NCBI RefSeq assembly: GCF_009914755.1
Contig: NC_060930.1
Source of the DNA: the human T2T-CHM13v2.0 reference genome, Homo sapiens
Direction: 5' to 3' (one strand)
Length of the DNA: 64,000 nt
Under the pieces are notes generated by a model. That model was given only the letters and a program-made list of their open reading frames with translations, was not told where the DNA came from and did no database searches. The translations under genes were made by a program, and so were the position numbers. This document shows positions 39,185 through 53,130 of the stretch, one piece after another (the stretch's first letter is position 1; each line of letters begins with the position of its first letter).

Positions 39185-39386
39185 GCAAAGTTGACAAATC
39201 TTTTGTGTAAAGGGTCAGATAGTCAATATTTTAGGTTTTCTTGGCTGCAACTACCCAACCCTGCTTTTGTAGCAAAAGACAACAGGTAAATGGAAGGATA
39301 AGGCTGTTTTCCAATAAAACTTCATTAAAAAAAAAAATAGGTGGCAGACCAGCATTGGTCTGTGAATCTTAGTTGCAGACTTCTAA
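39185..39386 (+). mobile_element. MER58A
   Basis: tgtaaagggtcagatagtcaatattttagg...ttccaataaaacttcatt...aggtggcagacc. Confidence 0.88.
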
Positions 39387-40258
39387 TTTAGACCATTACT
39401 GGCAAATCTATGAAAAACAGACTACATTCAAAGCTTTAATATTCAAAACAATTACACATAATTATTATTAATAATTACATCTAATACGTGTTTCAAGATA
39501 ATTTGCTTGAAAAACATACCAAACTCACTGTTTTCTTTAAAAAATTAAATAGAGCAAGGGGCTTTAACTGAACCCTCTGTAGAATTTGTAAACTCTGTAT
39601 CTTATTAACATAAAAAAGAGGCAGATGCCATGTGTCAGTGTGTACTGGGACTGATAGCTGCATAAACTTAAAGCATTGATTGGTCTTGGCATACCATTTA
39701 TAAAGTTTGCAAGCAAGCAAATTCTTTAAGAAGCAGATGATAAAGCTCAGTCAAGAGCACTTATCTTCAAAACACATGGCTCAAGATATGTGTTTTCTTG
39801 CCAGACATATAGTTGAATTATTTAAACTATTATTGAGGATTATGGAGCATTTTTTCGTGGATGAGAAAATAGCTTTACATGCCGGTCAAAATCAAGTTTC
39901 TATATCTAGATACTACTTTGCTATGGTTCAGGTTGTTCTCATTTTCACTCAGCAATTTGACAGAAAAATGAAATGATGACCTGAATAGGTTGTATGCCCA
40001 CAAGACTTACTGTCATTTTGGTGGAAATGTTTCAACTGGCCCAATTTACCTCCCCTGACGGGCAGGAGGTTCACCTACTGCTTCTTACTGTCATCGATTA
40101 GGTTAACAGTGTTTGAAAATGGATTTGTAATCAGTTTGTTTTCTTTAATTTCTACCTAAAATTTTACATTTATAAAATATCACACAGGCAGTAATAACTT
40201 AAGCAGTTCTCTAGCACTCGTTAAGAGTTTAGAAACATAGGCATAGAGTAATGTCAGC

Positions 40259-40546
40259 AGCTAGGCATGGTGGCTCATGCTTGTAATCCCCGCACTTTGG
40301 GAGGCTGAGGCAGGCAAGATCGCTTGAGCCCAAGAGCTCAAGACCAGCCTGGGCAATGTAGTGAAACCCTGTCTCTACAAAAAATTAGCCAGGCATGGTT
40401 GTGCACAACTGCGGTCCCAGCTACTCGAGAGGTTGAGGTGAGCAGACTGCTTCAGCCTGAGGCTGCTGTGAGCCTGTGAGCCATGATTGTGCCACTGCAT
40501 TCCAGCCTGGGCAACAGAGAGAGACCCTGTCTCTAAAAAGAAAAAA
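40259..40546 (+). mobile_element. AluJ
   Basis: J diagnostics gcttgagcccaagag, cctgggcaatgtagtg, gagaccctgtctct. Confidence 0.93.
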
Positions 40547-40548
40547 TC

Positions 40549-41100
<552 letters not shown>

Positions 41101-41559
41101 AGCAGGATCTAGGAAATGGAGTTTTCACTAGATACTATATTTTCTATCAGGTATGACTAAAATTTAAAAATGCAAGTGCCTCTAGTTAGACAATCCTCAT
41201 GGGTGAATCTGTTTAGGTAGAGTATCTACTCCTATGCCATGTTACTAGCTGGGTGAGATTTGGCTTAAGCAGGTAAAGCACCTCTAATGCAAGCATGGGA
41301 AGGATACTGTTGCTGTAGGGGTATGTTTTCTTAATTTATGATGGGTGGGAAACATTTAAAATGATGACTTGAGCTCATTCTCTATTTTAATAATGAATTT
41401 GCTTTTATTGTGTCATTCTGGGTTTTATAGTGTGTTATTTGGAAATTATAAAAGAAACAAAGATGCTAATACTTACTCATACTTTCATTATCCAGAGCAA
41501 ACCACTGTAAACATTCTGCTGTTTATTGGTCCAGTCTTTCACATATATAAGTAGGGCAC

Positions 41560-42350
41560 ATCAGATGTCTTGAATATTCTAAATCACTTTACCTCTGAAA
41601 TGTCATCTTTACCTTTAATTTCCAGATAAATGAGCTTGATTCCTTTCCCCCCACCATATTGTGGGAGTCCATGGCTCCTAGAATATTTAAAAAGATTCAC
41701 CAAAAGCAATAGTATCCTCAGCTTGGTATCACCTCTTGCTCCCCATTCCTCCTTTATTGGATCCTCCATCATCCCTGTATTTGTCCTGCCTCCTCTTTTA
41801 TGTTATCTAATCTCATAGTATCAGTTGTCCCTCTTACTGCCTTCCTCCAACTACCGCTCCACAAAACTGTCCTACAGAGTTGACGTTTACTGGAGGTTAG
41901 AAAGTTAGTGGAGGTGGACTGCAGCATAGCACGGGATGGGAAGGAACTGAGTATAGAATGCCAGGCATCCTGTTCTTAGAAGTTCCTCTGGCATCACCAG
42001 CAGTGGGGCTTTTTCACCTGAGCTCTGGCCACTTTCCATGCTGTAATTTACCAAACCTAATACTCCTTCCCCAGAACTTTTCCACTGGGTCCCTCCTCTC
42101 TTCATTCAACAGTCCTGACAAACTCTTTCATGGTCGCCTTTGCTTCCCTTACCTCCTCTGGACTCGAAACCTGCAAATGTACCTTACTGTATTATTCAGA
42201 GCTGTAGACACCTTGTTTAACCCCCTCTGCCATGCTGGACTTTCCCAGGAGTCTCAGACTTTCTCAAACAAAAAAATTATATGTTTATATAAACATATAG
42301 ACTCCATCTTCACCCCCCACCCCAGTTTTAGGAACCCCTAAACCTCTCCC
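41560..42350 (+). mobile_element. Degraded LINE (L2-like) internal fragment
   Basis: Pyrimidine-rich sequence of L2-like composition; family assignment uncertain. Confidence 0.35.
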
Positions 42351-42589
42351 ATCACAGAAAATGAGGTTGACAACTGATCAGACCTCATTAATTTTATACT
42401 GTAAAAAGCTTTTTGAATGTGCATGTCCTTATTTTTACAATCATTTCACTTTCTATTTAATATCAATGGACTAAGCTTCAAAAAATAATTGTAAATGATC
42501 ATATTCAATATTATACAGCGATAGTTTTGCATTTGCATATAACTATACCCATGTGATAAAAAGACATACACATTTTTTGTCTGAGAAAA

Positions 42590-42752
42590 CATATTTTTAT
42601 ATATAAATTGTTACATATGCAAATTTCTTTCTATAAAATACATAAATTTAATATAAGTAATTTATATAATATATATATTTAATATTTAATCTATAAAATA
42701 CACTATATAAATATTATATATCTGTGTCTACATATGTATATACATATATATA
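42590..42752. repeat. AT-rich / (TA)n low complexity
   Basis: tttatataatatatatatttaatatttaat...tatatacatatatata. Confidence 0.85.
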
Positions 42753-43210
42753 AAAGCCAAGTACCCAAAGGGCTAGAGGAAACTTTTAAAGTATAGTTTT
42801 TTTTTTAACTTGAGCCAGACAAATTCTTGGGCAAGAATATCTTCATCACCCCTCATCTCTGTGGGTGAAAGATTTATTCTCCTCTTTCATGTCCCCTTCC
42901 CCTCACCATCCTCACCCTGACCTCACAGAATTTTTTTCATGAACTGTATTTCAGCTCTAAGATTCATGATTTTATGATTCTGCCTAAGTGCCCTTCAAGA
43001 CTCAAGCCAAGGGCTGTTTTATTTTATTGTTGTATTTTTCAGATCAGCTTTCTCACCTTCTCATCTCCCCAGTACCCTCTGACACTGATGCCTCATTCTG
43101 CACCCCTCTTGTTTATTCACTAGTCTCTCTGGGAACTTCCTCGCACCATCCTTGGGGAGGTGTTACCTTCACAACCCTAAAATACCCGCAGGTCTCCATG
43201 GTGGCGGTGA

Positions 43211-43663
<453 letters not shown>

Positions 43664-43829
43664 AGGGTCCATATGTTTTTATGAGAAAATGTTAAGACAC
43701 TGACCTCGCCCCAGCAGACTTTTGGATACCCATGATTACTCACCTTCATTTTATTAATTTTACTTTCATTGTTCTTTATCTTTAAGTAGGACTGTTTGTT
43801 CTTTTACCTGTGCTTCTGTCACATTTTTC

Positions 43830-44870
43830 AGCTTATTTGTTTTTAAAAATATTTCAGACATATGACCAAGACAAATAATGAATTTTCAATATTAATTGAA
43901 ACTTCTTGTGTAGCTCTCCCTGTCTCATTCTCCCCAACTTTGCCTAGTGTTTACTATGCTAGATTTAGTGTTTCTAATTCTCATTATAACTATATATAAA
44001 TTTATATATAGTTGCTTCTGCATTTCTTGAAACATTACTCATATGATAACATGGTAGTTATTCTTTTGTAATTTGATTATTTTTAGAATGTTTCTGAGAT
44101 GCAGGTATGTTAATACATATAATTCTAGGTAATTTATTTCTTTGTACTATTTCATGGAATGAATATATTATATTTATTTATCTATTCCTCCGTTGATGGG
44201 CATTTAGATAATTTTCTTATTTTCCTATTTCTTCTCATGCAAAACATCAATAAAATATTCATGTACACGATTTCTTGGGCTAGGTGCAGGAGTTTGGCCA
44301 GTTTGGAGGAACTGCCGAACATGTATAAAACCATCAGATCTTGTGAGAACTCACTCACTATTGTAAGAACAGCATGGGTGAAACCACTCCCATGATCCAA
44401 TCACCTCCCACCAGGTCCCTCCCCTAACACTTGGGGATTACAATTCGGATTACAATTCAGAGATGAGATTTGGGTGGGGACACAGTAAAACCAAATCAGA
44501 CGATGTATCCATATTCACCTTTTTTGGAATATTGACAAGTTTCTCTCCAAAGTAGATTTACCAATTTATTCTCCCTTTAGCAATATGGGACCTGTTGCTC
44601 CACATTCTCACTAGCATTTGGTATTGCCAATTTGGTGGGTAGAAAATCATATTTCATTATGATTTTGATTTGCATTTTCCTGATTACTAGTAAGATTGAA
44701 TATCTTTCATTTTTTTTTGGTCATTTGTATTTCTGTGAATTTCCTCCTCATATAATTTGCAAATTATTTTATTTAAAAAAACTGAATTATAGAGCACTTA
44801 ATATACTTTGACTTGCAAATCCTTTCTTGATTTTATTACTGCAAATATATTCTCCCCAGCTATAGAATAC
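43830..44870 (-). mobile_element. L1ME/L1M5 fragment interrupted by THE1 LTR
   Basis: tttatctattcctccgttgatgggcatttag...ccacattctcactagcatttggtatt...tttgcattttcctgattactagtaagattgaa. Confidence 0.85.
44305..44498 (-). mobile_element. THE1D-like MaLR LTR, 5' half only
   Basis: aaaccatcagatcttgtgagaactcactcact...gatgagatttgggtggggacacag...aaccaaatca. Confidence 0.88.
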
Positions 44871-45389
44871 TGTAGTATTTTTCATAACTCTCTAGAAGCA
44901 GTTAACTCATGTGTAATGTTTTGTATTTGTCTATCTGTTTTTCTCATAAGATTATAAGTGAGAACAGAAATAGAATTTTTCATTTTTATTTCTTCAGTTC
45001 CTGGCATATCCACCAAAACTGTCTGAATTAATTTGAGAGTACCAGTTAATTTAATGTAGAAGCTATTGTAAGGTTGAGTTTCTTACTTAAGGCTTTCTAT
45101 TTGAAGGCATTTCTGTCAACCCTAAGTCATGTAATATATACATATATTAATATATACTAATATACATATTAAATGTGACATAGTTTTTGTAGCCAAGTCA
45201 GATTAGGTCCTTTTTTAACTTTTAAAATAGAGCTTCCCTCAATTTCCAGGCAAAGAGTTTCTCTTAGAACACTGCTAAGGTCAAGATAGGTTAATATATT
45301 CAGATGGGATTGAAATAACAGATGCATTGCTATTTCCAGTCCAGAGTTGTTGGGGAAGCAGGGAGGAAGGAGGGCATAATTTGTACAGT

Positions 45390-45610
45390 GCTTTGTCATC
45401 TTTGCAGCTCATCAATATCAGCAGCTGACACAGGCAAGTGTTTGTCAATGAGTTCTATTGGCTGACACTGACCTTGCCGTTACAACCACTGCTTTCTTGA
45501 CATCTGCTAGTTTGACACGTGGCACCGGATTCCATGTGCAGCTGGTACCTTGGATTTGAATGTTCTGTGAGTTCTATGACATTATTAGTACAATTCCTTG
45601 ATACTGTCAC
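45390..45610. promoter_or_regulatory. Candidate enhancer (TGACA and E-box cluster)
   Basis: 8 TGACA/TGTCA, 6 CANNTG and one TGACCTTG in about 220 bp of unique DNA. Confidence 0.45.
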
Positions 45611-47211
45611 CCTGTTATACATTTAACATCAATGATAGCTGTGTACTGTCTTTGTATTTCTTATTTCGTATTGCAGTAGTTATGTTTTAGGTGGCATGGC
45701 TGTTTATAATGGTATCAGACAACAGATGTTAAATTAGCTGTGGACTAATTAGCATGCTCAACTTTAGAATTGCTCCAGGAAAAGTTGATTTTACTATAAC
45801 TTTATATAATGGGAAATAATTTAGGTAAATTGTTGGTAGGAATGAGTATCATGAATCTGAAAAATTGCTTTGCATTTAAGCTGCTACTTTTTAGGACTAA
45901 ATTTGAGATTATATATTTTTTAATTTAAAAATAATTTTAAGTAGAACAAACTTGGGAATGTAAAAATGTATCATGATTTTAATGATTTGATCTTGAAATA
46001 GGTTTCAACATGTAATTCTAATTTCTTAACATAGTCTCAGTTATGCTTTGTGACTATGAATTACAGAAGCCACAGTTCTACTTTTTCCTCTTTGTCCTTC
46101 CTTGAACTTTTTTGCTCCCCCTATCACCCCTCCCTTCTCTCTTTCCTAACCTGGCATCCCAGTATTTGTACACTCTTTAGTTGAAGCTTAGGATTCCACA
46201 TGTGAAGGTTCATTACTTATTTTTTTTCCAGTAGTGTCCCTGGAAACTATGAATTATCCACAGTAGTAATTGAAGATAACAATTTTGTTTATGGTGCTGA
46301 ACATGATCACATTTACTGCTGGGTGTGTCAAGCCTACGATGATGGAATAATAAATGGGTACTGAACGTTCCTGCAACTTTTATTTGCAAGGCATTGCTCT
46401 TGCAATCAGGGTCACATTACCTAGATGTCAGTGAAATAAGACAGGGAGAGGGTATTTATTTAATCCACCATGAATGCATTCCAGAGTGACTTAATTGCTT
46501 TTCTATACCTCAAGCAGGTGGATATGTGTACATATACAATAGCTGGGAACCTTTTTAATTTGGGTTAACAAGGAGAAAAAAGTACTCTTTGCAAATTCAG
46601 GAATTATTTTTTTCTTTTTGAATTCCTCAAATAGGGAAGATTAGTATATTTTCATTGCATTTTTTAAGCTTGTTGCCCCAGGGTAGCACAGCTTTAACTG
46701 TTCCCAATATATCCCTGTTATTGTAAAGGCATTTTAATCTAAGAGTCACGGGAGCAAATGGATGGTGGATAAAAGCTTCAAAAATTTGGCCATTGTGAAT
46801 TTCTGCAAAATCTTCTTCGCTTCATTTACTTTCTGTCTAAAAGTTGTATATGTCGAGACTTGAAGGCCTTTTGAGATGATTCCAGGTGTTACTCTAGGAA
46901 TGTGTTCCAATTTTGTAGCAAACCTCCACTTCTTGAAGACATTTCTTGAAGCATAGATAGACCAGATTTGAAATCTACTGTGTTCACCCTGCAGGTAGTT
47001 TTTCACTAGGAATTGCATCCATGACAGGCTTTTCATCTTTAGCAAGTCATGGGCTTCAACTGAGAGTTCCTTAAATGGATAACTGAGGCACAAGGCCAGG
47101 CTAAGTGACAGTTACAACTTCATCCTTCTCCTCTCTCCTGACACCAGCCCCACCATTTCTAACTGGCTGTGGTTCCAAGTGGCACCTCTGAGAGGCATTG
47201 AGAAACATTGT

Positions 47212-47450
47212 GTGACAATAGTTAAGACTGCAGTGCTATGGAGTCAGAAAGACCTGTGCCTGAGTGCTACAGCTATTGCTTGCTGTATGACCTTGGGGGA
47301 GGTTAGTGAACCATTTTTAAGCATCAGAATTCCCACTTATTAATAGGGATTATAGTCGTACCTATTTCAAAAGTTTTTGTGAGGATTCCATGAGAAAGTA
47401 CTTAATAAATGTCTGGCACACAGTAAACTTTGTGTTTATCATGATATCAT
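47212..47450 (+). mobile_element. MIR SINE
   Basis: gttaagactgcagtgctatggagtcaga...tgtatgaccttgg...tctggcacacagtaaac. Confidence 0.88.
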
Positions 47451-48059
47451 GATTGTCTTCATCATCTCTGGTCATGTCAGAATTCTTGGGGGGATATTTG
47501 AAGAGATCAGATTTCTCATTTGTAGCTAGGCTACAAGTAAACAAAACGAATCAGTGAGATTAAAGGGTGGAAGCCCAGCAGAGTGAGCCTGAACAGTTTT
47601 ACAAACCCAGCTGCAGTGTCCTGTTAGAAGCCTTCAACTTGCCAAGCACAGATCCATTCCTTTGAAAAGGTCACTGTGTGAAGAGCTGCCTACCAGTGGC
47701 TGACTCACACAAGCATCTATTCACGCTCATTTTCCTACATGAATAGTTCCAGGGTTACCAGAGTTCTAGCCTCATCTCAAGGCCTTCATTTATTTATTTT
47801 CCCAGAGCAGTCTCATCAGGCTATGAAGTTCCAGCTTGCTTTATGTTGATGACTGCTGAGTCTACATCTGCTGCTCTCACTTCTTCTGAATTCTGAAGAA
47901 GAAATTTCTTAGGCTGCATTCCAGGCCCTTTGTATTCTCTCCCAGACCTGCCATGACAGCCTGAATTTCCACTGCTCAGATTTATGTGTCGTATGTCCTG
48001 GAATAACTGAACTATTGGTTATTTTCTATAAATACTCCATATTTTTCAGTCTTCATCCT

Positions 48060-49102
48060 CCTCACATTTACCACCTCTGCATGTGTGTTCATTGGTTCTT
48101 TATCTACATTTACTCCTTGGCTAGGTAATACGATTCAATCTCAAGGTTGTACATGCTCTCTATATCTTTATAACTTCCACATTTACATCTCCAGATGTGA
48201 CTCTATGTTTAAATTCTAGGCTCATATATCTAACTCCATACTCAGCATCTTCACTTGAATGTCTAAAAGACCCCTCCCACCTAAGGTGTCCACAATTGAA
48301 CAGTGGTTCTTTCTCTTCTTACCCCACCTATTTATGTGTGTATGTTTAATTTTTAGTATTACTTTGTGCTTTTCTTGACTGAAATTTGGAATCAGCCATT
48401 TCTGCAAGGAAACCTCCTTCATTTTAGGGGAATATAGCATAAAGAAACCAAGATTTGGGTGCTTAATATGCTCATTGCTACTGGGGAGTGAGATCATGTC
48501 ACCACTTTGCTGTGAATATTTCAATAGTTTCTCATCTCACTCAGAATAAAAGCCAAAGTCCGTTATAGTGGCTGACAAGGCCCTAGCAATCTGGCCCCTT
48601 CTTAAGAATCTTGCCACATCCCTTCTGGCTCTTCCCCAGGGTCATTTTCTCCAGCCACACCAGCCTCTGTTCTTCAGGGATGTCAGATAGCCTCCTACCT
48701 TTGGTTCTTGGCTTTTGCTGTTCTCTCTTCTTGGAGTATTTTCACCTAGATATCTGCATAATTTATTTCTTCACTTCCTTAAATCTTCTTCTTAAAAGTC
48801 ACCTCCAAGGAAGCCTTCTCTGTCCAACCTATTGAAATCTATTGTGCTCTCACCTCCATCTTCTGCTACTCCCTGTACATATCTTCCATGCTTAGTTCCT
48901 TCTCAGCACGACCACAATATTCTAAGATATTATGTAACTTATTTTATTTATCATCTATCTCTCTCTTCTAAAATAGAGGTTACATGAGGGCAGGGATTTT
49001 TTTGTGTTCAGCTCACTGTTGTATCCCCAGGATCTAGGATAACACCTGGCACCTAGCCAGTGCTCAGTCAAGATTTTTTGAACAAACGATGAGTAAATGA
49101 AT
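48060..49102 (+). mobile_element. L2a 3' region
   Basis: catctcactcagaataaaagccaaagtcc...catgagggcagggattt...cctggcacctagccagtgctcag...tgagtaaatgaat terminus. Confidence 0.88.
48340..48490 (-). mobile_element. L1MC4/5-like 3' UTR fragment inside L2
   Basis: ggaatcagccatttctgcaagga...agaaaccaagatttgggtgct...tgctcattgctactgggg. Confidence 0.8.
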
Positions 49103-50626
49103 ATTATGATATATGGAAGTAGGGAATGGTTTCTGGAAGTCTATTCTAATATGGCATCAAAGCCAAAACAACAACCTATAGCTGTGCCTCTTCTGTGACT
49201 ATGAGCGTAGAGGGCAAGGAGGTGTTACAATATCTGCCTTAGGTATGTAAACTGCTGAAGAGGTGGAAGTTTCACATTTATAGCAAATAGCCTTGGATTC
49301 AGATTGTTTGTCTTTATCTATTAATGAGTCCATTCTGATGACTCAATGACTAAATTGAAGTGGGTGGTTTCGTAGAGGGAAAGTGTTTCAAGAAAAAGAA
49401 ATGTTATTTGATGCAAAAAAGAAACATAAAAAAACCCACAGAAATCAGGGATAAAAAATAGTGGCAAAGAGGAATGAATCTAATAGAGGGGCCAACACAT
49501 TTCCAGTAAGTCAGGCTATCTTTGAAAGCTTGGTGACTCCTTACTTGCATGCCTTCTCCTTCCTCTGGGGGCCACTGCCCTCACATGTGTGAGGGGCCAT
49601 GAGAAGGAAGAGGATCCAAGCTGTGGACCTGCATGGGTTGTGAGAACATTACTTTGTCTAAATAAAATAAAGTAGATTTTGCTTGGGTGATGCTGCCATT
49701 TACTGAACTGTTTAAGAAAAATTTTAAAAAACAAAATACTTTAAGATGCTTATGGGAAAGATACTCTTTTTTTTTTTTAACTCCTCCACTGTTTGAGATT
49801 CTTGCTCTTTGCCAGAAGATCCATCTGCCAGGCAGCGATCAGGCTTTCTGAAGAGCCTAAAGCTCTACCTGGGGAATGTGTCCAGAGGGAGAACACCTGG
49901 GCAGGCTGAACCTACTCATGATTTAGTGCAAGTTACTGAGCTAAACAGCTTCCTTTTGGAGTCTTCAGAAACGGCCATGGTATCATTTTCAAGTTAGCTC
50001 TTGTTCCCAAAAGGAAATTTGCATATTCTTATGCTTATGTGTTTTCCAAACTTGACACATTTAGTTTATGCAAGGTGGTTTCAGAATTGAAGTAAAATAG
50101 TTTGTCTTTTCTGAAGAACAAGCCAAGGAAAAGAGAGAAACTTATGCTTAGGTCTCTGAGGCCTCAAACTTCCTGAATATGTCAAAAGTCAGATGCTGGA
50201 GGTTCAGGGTAGGAAGAAGTGAGGGTCTGGCCTAAGTGGGAGCACCAATGGATAAATCAAGGCATACAAATATAGTAACTTATGAAATTATTGACTTATT
50301 TTACCCTTCTTTGCTTTCCCTGAGGTTCTGTAGTAGGTGAGACAATCTTGATGCCAGAGTTAAACGAGGTCAAAGAGTGTGGCCGGCCACAAAGACTGTG
50401 TCATTATTTAACCTTAGAAGATAAATGTCCCTCATCCCCATATCTCTCTAGCCCATACTTTTAATTACAGAGGGGTCAAAGAACATTCCAAAGCACATCT
50501 GTCTCTCAGGTGTTAGAGCAGACTGGCTTCTCAACTTTGGTGGCCGTTGTTTATCAGTTTCTATGAAGCTCAAAAAGCTTGTCATATAAAAAGCCACAAT
50601 GCTTGAATAGCTTATTATACCTGTTA

Positions 50627-50884
50627 CAGTGGTCTCATAATTGGTAAGCAAATCTCGCGGTTGTGCCAGGTGATCCATTAGGGTATGGAGAAAAATTAGT
50701 AATCTGTGTTTTTATTTTCACCTTTTAAATTTCTATTTAGGTGCATGTGTCACATTATACATTTGTCCACCAGCACATATGCATGATAATGAATAAATAA
50801 ATTAATAGATATTCTTATAGTAGAAGTATGTGCTCAAATTATTTTATTGATAAGTCCATACTCCAGAAACCTTGGGGGCCACCT
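50627..50884. mobile_element. hAT-Charlie (MER113-like) fossil
   Basis: cagtggtctc start; tgatccattagggtatggagaaaa...tgtgctcaaatt...gggccac end. Confidence 0.55.
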
Positions 50885-52596
50885 TTTTTTCCCTCAAGTT
50901 CAACATTTTTTGAGGTCTATAGCAAAGAATTTTTACTGTTTTTAGTGGAACCTGGAAAAAAAAGTGGAGACTAAAATATTTAGACTTACAATTCTGGTGG
51001 ATTTTAAAATACTTTGTTCCTATAACGACATACAACATTAGCCTCTTTCTTTTCAAAGAAACCTGTTTTATTTTTGGTGTGAGTTTCAGTTGAATTGATA
51101 AATTGATTCAGGATTTAAAAGACATATACAAATTTGTAGACATTCTCTACATATGTAGCCATGCTGGGTTACATAGCATTAATCATTAAAATAGAAAAGC
51201 CCCTTTACAATAATAACATTTCAACAAGGCTAAAATACCTATTTTCAGGATATAAATTCCACCGGGAATTACCTTAAGCTAAGTTTGAATATTGGGCCAC
51301 CTGGTATTTTATGCTACCTGATTAGTTTTATATCCCAAGGCCACAGGATAATTTTACTCCCAGGATTCAAAGCTGTACTTTTTCTTTTCAAGGAGTACAG
51401 AATGTCGCTCAATATACATTTCGATTTTGAGCAATGACAGGTTAGCTGAAAGACTTGGGTTTCAGGACAGTTCTATATCTGATGGATGGCTTATATGACA
51501 TAGCTCTAACTCTGAGACTGTCCCTCTTACAGAATGCTTATACCTGACCCTTTGAGCCTTTCAGCGACAAGAATCAGAATCCATCTCAAAAACAAAACAA
51601 AAGAAAACAAAATCCCATAATGCCAAATATACGTGAAGAATTTGCTAAAACCTGAGTTGAGCCCAAATATTGAGTTTATTTTTTAAACTCAAATTTGTAT
51701 TGAACTTACTTCAGAATGTTTCTAAAGTATAGCCTGAACTGCTGCCGATCTTCAACATTTTCAAAACTATGGTACTATAACAAAATTAGGCCATCAATAT
51801 ATTCTCTGAATGAAATTGGACTTGATTTAGCACCTCTGTCTTAAGTCTCTGAATTGAGCTTTCTCATAGCAGTAGGGTCCTCATCGTCTGCATACACCAC
51901 TACCAATTTGTTTATTAATCTTTTCTGACAATACCTCTCCCCCTTTTAAATAGCCTTGTTTCTAATTTGGAAGTGTCATTCTTAGTGAAACTAAAATGAG
52001 TTGCAGGATTGATCAGTTTTTGTTGATCAGTTTTGTTCATTTTCTCATTTTTTTCTTTCTTATGCTTTTGGATATTAACAGAAGAAACATAAGCAGCAGT
52101 TCGTAAACTGCCTCTCAAGCATCAGAGGGAATTTGATGCTGTGAGATTTAGGCTTTCTTCTCAACTTTTCCATGGGTGATAATGTCCCCACCATGACTCT
52201 TCCAGCAGAAAATGCCCAGACAGCTGTATGGAGTCCATCAGCTATCTTATTAGGATGTCTTGAGATATAAAAGTTATGCACAATAGTTAAGTGGAAGATA
52301 CTTACTTTGTTAGACTCTACTAAACTTAGAAATTACTTAGTTTTTCCCAGGAAGATAATCCTACCTCCATAACTAGTTAGCAAGTTTGATAGACATTCTA
52401 GGCTTCCTATTTTAACTTATTTTCACATTCTGTCTAGAACAACTTCCCTTTGTTATTCAGAAATTAATCCTACTGACTTCAAGACAGTCATTTTGACTCG
52501 CTCTATTTCAGCAAACATTAGTGTGAGAACCAGCCTTCATATTGTCATAAGCATCGGTTGTGTGCACGGCATTCTATCTATGTTAAGTATTGTATC

Positions 52597-52679
52597 TGTG
52601 TGTGTGTGTATGTGTGTGTGTGTGTGTGTGTGTGAGACAGAGAAAGAGAGAGAGAGAGAGGGACACACACACACACACA
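52597..52679. repeat. Compound microsatellite (TG)n-(AG)n-(AC)8
   Basis: TG run 52597-52634 (one interruption), AG-rich spacer 52635-52662, AC run 52663-52678. Confidence 0.97.
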
Positions 52680-52912
52680 GCACAGTGGATTTTGGCATGC
52701 ATAATTTTAACATTCATAAGCAATCCTAAAGTTCCAAGCCATGGACTCATGTAGTGATTTGTAATTTTGCTTAGCATGAATTTGAATCCCACTTATTTGA
52801 GATTAATGTAGGGGACAAAGTGACTTTGTTAATGAATAAGTCAACTGTACAGACCAAAATGTATCATTGTTCTAATCATTTTTCATGTTTTTATGGGGGC
52901 TATACTGTAAAG

Positions 52913-53130
52913 CAGTGTTTCTCAACCTTAATAATATCGACATTTGGGCCAAATATATCTTCGTTGCCAGGAACCGTGCTGTGAGTTGTAGGATATTTAG
53001 AAACGTCCCTTGCCTCTACTCACTAGAGGCCAGGAGCACACCTCTCCCACTTTTTATGACAACCAAAATGTCTCCAGACATTGCCAAAGGTACCCTGGGG
53101 GGAAAAAATCACCCAGAATTGAGAACTGCT
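52913..53130. mobile_element. MER20
   Basis: cagtgtttctcaacct...tgacaaccaaaatgtctccagacattgccaaa...ttgagaact. Confidence 0.93.

Noticed and set aside
46339-46364. Possible C/D-box snoRNA (atgatgg...ctga)
   Set aside because: Box C mismatch, boxes too close together, no terminal stem.
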